DNA of 64,000 bases from a virus: IMG/VR virus record IMGVR_UViG_3300020048_000055, positions 1 through 64,000 of that record, one strand, 5' to 3'. Made by a program: the position numbers and the translations under genes. The notes beneath the pieces are model-generated. The model was not told the DNA's origin. It worked only from the letters and a program-made list of their open reading frames with translations, and searched no databases. Below, one piece after another: positions 56,988 to 64,000 of this stretch; position 1 is the stretch's first letter; each line of letters begins with the position of its first letter.

Positions 56988-59138
56988 TTATTTGAAGTCT
57001 TTTGGCATATTTTTCTGGAATCTTTCGTTCACAGAAGCAAGGTCAGAAATGTCTTCCCGTTCCTCAGAATACCCTGCATTTTCTAACATACGTTTTCTGT
57101 CAGAAGCTTTAACGGCGGTAGAGATACGAGCTTCCTCGGATACTCTGGCATCACCATCAATATTTCTCATATTCTTATAGAAAGAAGCTTGTGCTTCACG
57201 AAGGGTTTTTGCTCCACGAATATGTTTTTCATAAGGAACAATAGCTTCACCATAGCGGTTATACAAATCACCCCAATAGGATTCAATGTTAGCACCCTTA
57301 TTTTCACGGAAGTTTACATACCCTGAAACACGGTCTTCAAATCTAGGTTCAACATGAGCATCTGGGATGCTGTCAATCTCAACTTTTTCTTGAAGTGAAG
57401 CAAGGTTTCTCTTTGCAAGTTCAGCTTCGGTTTTGTAACGAGCTTCTTTAAGTTGAATTCTTGAAACAAGATTACTTAATTGCTTGTTTTCCTCATTGAG
57501 TGCAATAATACTCTCATTCAATTGATTTGAATTATCAGTAATTTCTATCAAGTTTTCAGTAAGTTTTGAAACTTCAACGTTTAGTTTAGAGTTTGATTCC
57601 TTAAGAGTTTTAAGCTCTAATGCAGTTTCCTTACGGGATTCTCTGAGAGATTTCACTTCTCCTACCATAACTTTAATATCAGCAGAAAGAGTATCTCTTT
57701 CTGTGAGCGTAGTAGTTAAGCGACTTTTAAGATTCTCATTTTTCTTTTCAAGAGAATTATTTCCAGAACTCAATTCTTTGTTTGTTGCGGTAACTTCTGC
57801 AAGGGTAGAACTTGTTTCCTCAAGCTTGGAAGTAAGTTCTTCAACTTTAGATTCTGAATAAACAGAAAGTTCATTCTTAGCTACTGTGGTTCTTTCAATT
57901 CTGCTCTCACGAAGTTTAATCTTTAAGTTCAACTTATTGTTTTCTTGCTTGAGTTCTTTGTTATGGGAAATAAGTGATTCACAAAGTTCTTTATAGTTTA
58001 CATTTTCTTCATTGAGATAATGAGCTTCCATAGCAACAGCTTTGGCACTCTCAGAAAATTCCTTTAATGATTCAATACCGAACTCTTCCTTGAACTCAAC
58101 AGTTTCCTGAATCATAGTTTCAAGTTTAGTTCTTTCGTCGATAAGTTTTGTTTCAACAATCTTTTTAAGTTCAGGTGCGGCACCAATCTCGAAAGTGTGA
58201 AGAATTTCTGCAAGTTCTTTTAGTCTTTCTGAGGGGTTCTTAATTTCATCGGCTTCTTTCAAAAAGTTGTTTACATATTTAACAAATACTTTTTCCTCTA
58301 TTTTGCTAAGACCAGAATCCTGTTCTGGTGCTACAACTGCATTTACGTCCATTATTTTTTCCTTTCCTTGAATAATCTTTGATTTAGGTGCGCTTTCATG
58401 AAGCTGACCTGTTTGTTCACCAGTTCCTGCAACGGGTGTTGTCTTATTATATTCCATGTTCATTGCTGAGTTATCTCCAAATACTGCCTGTGAAGGATTC
58501 AATACTATGTCAGCAACACGTTCTATCTGATAAGTTCTTGGGTCAACTACTCTATCGCTTCTTACTTCACCGAAGCCTGAGGAACTGAAACCTACACGTC
58601 CACCACAATCAATAATTTCCTGTGCTAAATGTCCATAGGGTCCTACGAAAGTACCTATACCATATACAACACCGTCTTTACCAATTTCCATATCCAACCA
58701 AACAATTGAGGAATCCTTAAAGTAACCGGGTGAGTCACCTTCTGGATGATCACATAATCCACAGAGACCTTTCCATACATCACTCTGTTTCGTTACTACA
58801 TTTTCCCAAAGTTCTTCTGTGTAAAGCCGATTATTTGCGTTTACATTGCCATAACGCCCAACTGGAAACTTATAATACTTACGTTCATTTGATTGAACGT
58901 TTGCTTCTTTTAAGTTTTTAAGTACCCTATCAAGAATGTCCGAGTTTACACTCTCCTGAAGTCTTAAAGATTCTAGATCTTTAATTAAATCATTGGCAGT
59001 TTCTTTGGTACTTTCATACAATCGAGGACCAGCTTTTATAAAGCCTTCCTTTAATGATTCTGTTATTTCATCATTACTTAACCGAATGTAAGTGTCGTTT
59101 GGCGTACAGATTGTTTCCGTCAATCTCATTAATGCCAT
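56988..59138 (-). CDS. prohead protease (T4 gp21-like) fused to coiled-coil scaffold
   Basis: NANNRLY, GLCDHP, GFSSSGFG, DIVLNPS; long C-terminal coiled coil. Confidence 0.85.
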   Translation of the reverse strand: MALMRLTETICTPNDTYIRLSNDEITESLKEGFIKAGPRLYESTKETANDLIKDLESLRLQESVNSDILDRVLKNLKEANVQSNERKYYKFPVGRYGNVNANNRLYTEELWENVVTKQSDVWKGLCGLCDHPEGDSPGYFKDSSIVWLDMEIGKDGVVYGIGTFVGPYGHLAQEIIDCGGRVGFSSSGFGEVRSDRVVDPRTYQIERVADIVLNPSQAVFGDNSAMNMEYNKTTPVAGTGEQTGQLHESAPKSKIIQGKEKIMDVNAVVAPEQDSGLSKIEEKVFVKYVNNFLKEADEIKNPSERLKELAEILHTFEIGAAPELKKIVETKLIDERTKLETMIQETVEFKEEFGIESLKEFSESAKAVAMEAHYLNEENVNYKELCESLISHNKELKQENNKLNLKIKLRESRIERTTVAKNELSVYSESKVEELTSKLEETSSTLAEVTATNKELSSGNNSLEKKNENLKSRLTTTLTERDTLSADIKVMVGEVKSLRESRKETALELKTLKESNSKLNVEVSKLTENLIEITDNSNQLNESIIALNEENKQLSNLVSRIQLKEARYKTEAELAKRNLASLQEKVEIDSIPDAHVEPRFEDRVSGYVNFRENKGANIESYWGDLYNRYGEAIVPYEKHIRGAKTLREAQASFYKNMRNIDGDARVSEEARISTAVKASDRKRMLENAGYSEEREDISDLASVNERFQKNMPKDFK

Positions 59139-59235
59139 TTCTGTTCTCCTATTTCATACGAAGTTCATTTAATTACTTTTCACTTACGAAAGTAAACTTA
59201 TACCTATTTAGTTCAACTTTAATAGAAAGACTAAA

Positions 59236-61089
59236 TTATCCAACTATTGTCCAACCCTTATTTGTTGCAATCAATCTATCCTCTACGGTTAATAAAGATG
59301 CCCCAAAATTTCCCGTAATAGTTATTGTTTGTCCAGTGACTGGAGAAAACAAATTAGTAAAAATATCAACCAATGCACTCTTACTCAAATTACAACTTGC
59401 ATAGGAAATTGTTGTTTGCGTATTTAGTAAAGTTGCTTTCCCCAATGCAGTACAACCACCAAACATCTGAGAAAAGTTTGTCACTAAACTTGTATTAAGA
59501 AGTGGAATCGTTTGTAAGGCAGTACAATTATAAAACATCTGATAAAAGTTTGTACCTAAACTTGTATTAATAAGTGGAATTGTTTGCAATATAGTACAAC
59601 TATAAAACATCTGAGAAAAGGTTGTACCTTTATTTGTATTAAGAAGTGGAATCGTTTGTAAGACAGTACAACCATAAAACATCTGAGAAAAATTTGTACC
59701 TAAATTTGTATCCAGAAGTGGAATCGTTTGTAAGGCAGTACAATTATTAAACATATAAGAAAAAATTGTACCTTTACTTGTATTAATAAGTGGAATCGTT
59801 TGTAAGGCAGTACAACCAGAAAACATACCAGTAAAGGTTGTACCTAAATTTGTATCAAGAAGGGGAATAGTTTGTAATATAGTACAACCATTAAACATAT
59901 TAGAAAAGTTTATACCTAAACTTGTATTAATAAGTGGAATCGTTTGTAAGGCAGTACAATTATAAAACATATGAGAAAAATTTGTACCTGAAATTGTATC
60001 AATTAGTGGAATAGTTTGTAAGGAACTACAATTATTAAACATCTGGAAAAAGTTTGTACCTAAACTTGTATCAATTAGTGGAATAGTTTGTAAGGAACTA
60101 CAACCATAAAACATAGAAGAAAAGGTTGTACCTAAACTTGTATCAAGAACCGGAATAGTTTGTAAGGAACTACAACCATAAAACATAGAATTAAAAATTG
60201 TCCCTAAATTTGTATTAAGAAGGGGAATCGTTTGTAAGGAAGGACAACTCGCAATCATAGAAGAAAAGGTTGTACCTAAACTTGTATCAAGAAGCGGAAT
60301 CGTTTTTAATGAAAAACAACTCGCAAACATATTAGAAAAGTCGGTACCTAAACTGGTATTTAGAAGTGGAATCGTTTGTAATGATTTACAATTATTAAAC
60401 ATCTGGAAAAAGTTTGTACCTAAACTTGTATCAAAAAGTGGAATCGTTTGTAAGGAAGAACAACCATTAAACATAGCAGAAAAGTTTGTAATATTATTTA
60501 AGCCTAAACTAAAGGATTCTAACAACTTTAAGTTTTGAACATTAAGTAGAGTAATTAAACTACCATTTCCAGAAATGTCTAAAAAGGGATTATATTTATT
60601 TGGTGCTGAGGTGTGAAAGACCCCTAAGTTAACCGAAGTAAAATTAAAAGTTGCTTGAGGGGTAATCGTAATTAATACTTGCTTATAACCTAATGTTGAC
60701 AGATTCGAGCAAGTTGCATAGTCATAACTATGTTCAGCTTTAATTCCTGCTACGAAGTTTTCGGAAACTCCATCACCCCAGTCTACGGAATAATTTCCTG
60801 AGATTGTAACTGCAACGAAATTTGAGTCATGGTCGTAAACTGGATAGAGACCAATTACTTTTTGTTCAGATTCCAAAATTGTAGGAATTGTTAACCAATC
60901 AGCAGGTCTTTGGTAACTATTATAAACATCTAACCAATCAGCTTCGCTCCATTCTTTTGGAGCTGTTCCGTCATCATATTTCATGAGAGGAACATAGTCT
61001 CTCAAGATGTCAGAGGTTGTACCTAATTTTGCTTTCATCAGATTTTTCGTTTCAGTCAAGTAATTTAATTTATTCAGTAATTCACTCAT
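59236..61089 (-). CDS. BspA/DUF285-like LRR-repeat protein, paralogue 3 (15 units)
   Basis: Same architecture; own ACTAATTA motif at 61114. Confidence 0.9.
   Translation of the reverse strand: MSELLNKLNYLTETKNLMKAKLGTTSDILRDYVPLMKYDDGTAPKEWSEADWLDVYNSYQRPADWLTIPTILESEQKVIGLYPVYDHDSNFVAVTISGNYSVDWGDGVSENFVAGIKAEHSYDYATCSNLSTLGYKQVLITITPQATFNFTSVNLGVFHTSAPNKYNPFLDISGNGSLITLLNVQNLKLLESFSLGLNNITNFSAMFNGCSSLQTIPLFDTSLGTNFFQMFNNCKSLQTIPLLNTSLGTDFSNMFASCFSLKTIPLLDTSLGTTFSSMIASCPSLQTIPLLNTNLGTIFNSMFYGCSSLQTIPVLDTSLGTTFSSMFYGCSSLQTIPLIDTSLGTNFFQMFNNCSSLQTIPLIDTISGTNFSHMFYNCTALQTIPLINTSLGINFSNMFNGCTILQTIPLLDTNLGTTFTGMFSGCTALQTIPLINTSKGTIFSYMFNNCTALQTIPLLDTNLGTNFSQMFYGCTVLQTIPLLNTNKGTTFSQMFYSCTILQTIPLINTSLGTNFYQMFYNCTALQTIPLLNTSLVTNFSQMFGGCTALGKATLLNTQTTISYASCNLSKSALVDIFTNLFSPVTGQTITITGNFGASLLTVEDRLIATNKGWTIVG
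59440..60490 (-). repeat. 72-bp coding tandem array
   Basis: Same 72-bp unit. Confidence 0.9.
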
Positions 61090-61183
61090 TTGTATAGTTT
61101 CCTTTATAGTATTTAATTAGTAAGAAAATAAAAAAGGATACCCTTATTTAAGAGTATCCCTCCTTTAGAAAGAAAATAAAAAC

Positions 61184-63304
61184 TTAGAGATATTCTCCAC
61201 CATCAATATCTGAGTATTGATTAAGTATTTCACCACTTGTTGCTGGCATTGTATTGGTTGAGGATACTAATGCATTAGCTTTTACAATGCTTGTTACAGC
61301 ACCTTCGGCTAAATTTACTGTACCTTCAACTTTAATACCTGTAGCAGGGTCAGTACCTACCTGAACTCTTGATATAGGAGAATCAACGAATCCAGTTCCT
61401 TCCTTTACCGGAATATAATCCTCAGTAACGTTTGCAGTAACACTATCAATAACTGATTGGAGATCAGTATCTACGATAAGGGTACCAGTAACAGAAGGGA
61501 GAGTAATAGTAATGTTAGAATTTTCGGCAGGGTTCTGAACGATGGTAGCTTTAGCTCCCGGTATAATTACCGTTCCACCAAGAGTACCTACTTGGTCTAT
61601 TACAACTACAGTATCAGCACCTGCAACGATTGTATTTACACCCTCTGTTTCTGCGGTGTAAGTGAACGTTCCATCACCATTAATGGTAAGAAGGAAACCT
61701 GCAACTGCATCACCAAGGGCATAAGAGGCACCACCGTTTACGGTGAATGAACCAGTACCAGTTTCAGATACTGTGAAGATTGTAGAAGCAGGGGGGGTTA
61801 CAATAGATGACTCAAGGCGTTGAATACCAAGATTTTTTCCACCATCAATTGAAACTGAAGTTGCATCTTCAATGAGAGAAGATTTGTTTACGTTGTTAAG
61901 AGTATCTGAAGCTTTGTAGATACGACCAACTTCGGAATTGGTATCAACATTTACAAGAGCTTTAGGGGCAGATACCAGTATGGTATTTCCACCTACAGGA
62001 GAAGATACCTCAACTGCACGACCATCACCAACAAACTCAGGAGAACCTTCATGAAGAACACCATCTGCAAGGATACCTTTTAAGGTTGCTTCATTGCTAA
62101 GAACATTCCATACGGCACCGGAACCTGAGGAATATGATTCAACAATAAGCCAGTCACCATTATTAACACGGATTGCACCTTCATCACCTTCAGAAACTAT
62201 CGTACCCGTATTTGTAATGTAGAGGGTATCACCTGAGATAATCCAGTAATCACCTTTAATAAGGGTTTCGTTATTATCATTTTCAGTGGAAGTATCGGAA
62301 ACAGTTTTATCTGCGTCAGTAGGAAGAACTACTTTGCTTGTCCACATTCCCTGATATTCCATTGCACCAATAATGGTACTTGGAAGTTGGTCAAGATAAA
62401 TCTTACCCATTCCATCAAGGTCAGCTTTTGTAGAGAATACTCTCTGAAGAACGTCTTGAAGAGAAGTGATAACGGAGTCACCTGCATTATATTCAGTGAA
62501 AGCGTCAGAACCTGCTCTACGAGTAAGGGCTTGAGTAAGAGTAATATCATTTGCATTTGACCCAAGGTCAACAACTTGATATTTCTTAATTATTGTTACA
62601 CCAGCACCATTATCAATGGTATCTGAGGTACAAATTACAAGATTACCCTTTGAGATATATACTTGACCAGTAGATACCCCTGCGGTAGCACCAGAGTCTC
62701 CAGTTATTTCACCAGAATCGGTATCTATAGCAGTTACGTTATTATTTTCTACATAGTAAAACTTACCAGGATAACAATTAGCTTCAGAGGTGAAAACTCC
62801 ACCGTACTCAAGCTTGTGTCTATCAAGGTCAACTATTGCTTTCTGAACATCGAGAGCATCAGAAAGAATACTTGTACCCGCAGGATTGAAAGTTGTTTCA
62901 ACAGCAGATCCACCAGAATTGTTTACTCTAATCCATTTCTTTGCAGAAGTTCCTAGATCATAGTTTTCTTTGTTGGCATCATTATATACATAGATAAGGA
63001 AGTCAGAAACTCTAGCATTAACTACTTTTCCCGTACCATCATCGGCAATAATGAAATCCGCTGTTACTTCATACATATCTCCATAGTTTGGAGTAGAAGG
63101 GAGTGCTGAGATGTCACCTACGAAGTTTAGGGTGTTTAATCCACCAAACTTAAAATGTTTTCCATCTGGGCCAAGATTGGGGCCATCACCAATGTAAAGT
63201 TGTTTACTACCTTTATCAAAAAAGATTTCACCATTACCAAGACGACCCTCTGCCGTTATTTTACTTGCTAATGATCCACGAGAGACTCTAATTTTCTGTG
63301 CCAT
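61184..63304 (-). CDS. virion fibre protein (hyaluronidase/Mtd-type N-terminal motif)
   Basis: IRVSRG...L.NGE...LYIGDG N-terminus; ADLD..GKI...QLP..YQG.W; IDGGEY C-terminus. Confidence 0.7.
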   Translation of the reverse strand: MAQKIRVSRGSLASKITAEGRLGNGEIFFDKGSKQLYIGDGPNLGPDGKHFKFGGLNTLNFVGDISALPSTPNYGDMYEVTADFIIADDGTGKVVNARVSDFLIYVYNDANKENYDLGTSAKKWIRVNNSGGSAVETTFNPAGTSILSDALDVQKAIVDLDRHKLEYGGVFTSEANCYPGKFYYVENNNVTAIDTDSGEITGDSGATAGVSTGQVYISKGNLVICTSDTIDNGAGVTIIKKYQVVDLGSNANDITLTQALTRRAGSDAFTEYNAGDSVITSLQDVLQRVFSTKADLDGMGKIYLDQLPSTIIGAMEYQGMWTSKVVLPTDADKTVSDTSTENDNNETLIKGDYWIISGDTLYITNTGTIVSEGDEGAIRVNNGDWLIVESYSSGSGAVWNVLSNEATLKGILADGVLHEGSPEFVGDGRAVEVSSPVGGNTILVSAPKALVNVDTNSEVGRIYKASDTLNNVNKSSLIEDATSVSIDGGKNLGIQRLESSIVTPPASTIFTVSETGTGSFTVNGGASYALGDAVAGFLLTINGDGTFTYTAETEGVNTIVAGADTVVVIDQVGTLGGTVIIPGAKATIVQNPAENSNITITLPSVTGTLIVDTDLQSVIDSVTANVTEDYIPVKEGTGFVDSPISRVQVGTDPATGIKVEGTVNLAEGAVTSIVKANALVSSTNTMPATSGEILNQYSDIDGGEYL

Positions 63305-63355
63305 ATTTATTTCCTTTTATTTCTAAAAATTTAACTAAAAAAGTTATTTAAGTAA

Positions 63356-64000
63356 TTAGTTGATGTGTTTTCCATAAAGTATTACATCACCAAATTCACC
63401 TGCATATATTGCTATTTTCCTGTTAGAGAAAGAACTATCTAAATACCATCCATCAAAATATCCCCCTGAGTCTGAAACTGGAGTCTGAAGTACAAGACCG
63501 CTAAGTGTTGTGTAACTTGCAGAAGATGCCCCACTCATTCCATTTAATATGTATGTGACAGTATATGTATTTAAGGAATACATAATATAATAATTAGTAG
63601 GTGAATAAATAATAGAAGAATACAAAGAACTTATTGAGGTTGAGTCGGCATTTCCCTCCTTAATTGAGTTTAATGTATACCCATTATAAGTTTTAATTGT
63701 AAAATCTGTAGGAAGGATTTCATTGAAAAACTTTATTGGAAACGAAGTTTCTACAATGTTTCCATTGTTTGGGCCACTCGAAAAGTCTGATGAAATTAAT
63801 TCATAAACAGTTACCGTAAATAACTTCTTTGAAAATCTACCTGCAATAAAAGAATAATTAGGATTACTTAAACTTAAGGTTTCTTGTGTGTAAGGTTCGG
63901 TTAACTCATACCCCTCTATACTTATTCCTTCAAGTATTTGTTCGTAAGAGGTTTCTACCGAAATAGGTAAACTATTTATCACTACTTTAGTGAATCCCTC
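63356..64000 (-). CDS. partial protein with C-terminal InlB B-repeat (5' end beyond window)
   Basis: Frame is open to the window edge; YTVTYILNG...P...YFDGWY...DVILYGK. Confidence 0.7.
   Translation of the reverse strand, partial: EGFTKVVINSLPISVETSYEQILEGISIEGYELTEPYTQETLSLSNPNYSFIAGRFSKKLFTVTVYELISSDFSSGPNNGNIVETSFPIKFFNEILPTDFTIKTYNGYTLNSIKEGNADSTSISSLYSSIIYSPTNYYIMYSLNTYTVTYILNGMSGASSASYTTLSGLVLQTPVSDSGGYFDGWYLDSSFSNRKIAIYAGEFGDVILYGKHIN

Noticed and set aside
41320-60490. 72-bp periodic arrays as CRISPR arrays
   Set aside because: Units are in-frame 24-codon coding repeats with degenerate constant parts and no unique spacers; there is no cas operon.
41109-61089. Diversity-generating retroelement acting on the LRR genes
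   Set aside because: No reverse transcriptase or template repeat in the window, and variation is not visibly adenine-specific.

Overview
This is an AT-rich segment of a large T4-like (myovirus-type) phage genome using the standard genetic code. It mixes replication and recombination genes (primase, beta-clamp-like protein, 5'-3' exonuclease, SbcD/gp47, RecB-like and RecU-like nucleases), two sigma-factor-like genes, two DNA methyltransferases with an HNH endonuclease, virion genes (portal, prohead protease-scaffold fusion, neck, gp15-like protein, fibres) and minus-strand early accessory clusters (REC-histidine kinase hybrid, InlB-B-repeat lipoprotein). The accessory genes suggest a spirochaete-like host, which is an inference. 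The main discovery is a triply interrupted terminase large subunit. TerL-N ends in the N-half of a naturally split Ser1/Ser+1 intein. It is followed by a free-standing Zn-finger/PD-(D/E)XK endonuclease and an unannotated 37-aa intein C-half. Only 14 nt later, a 283-nt ORF-less group I intron must splice to restore the TerL-C frame, so active terminase needs both RNA self-splicing and protein trans-splicing. Other highlights are three promoter classes that map onto a two-sigma cascade, and three mosaic paralogues of a 24-aa LRR-repeat protein with hypervariable positions.
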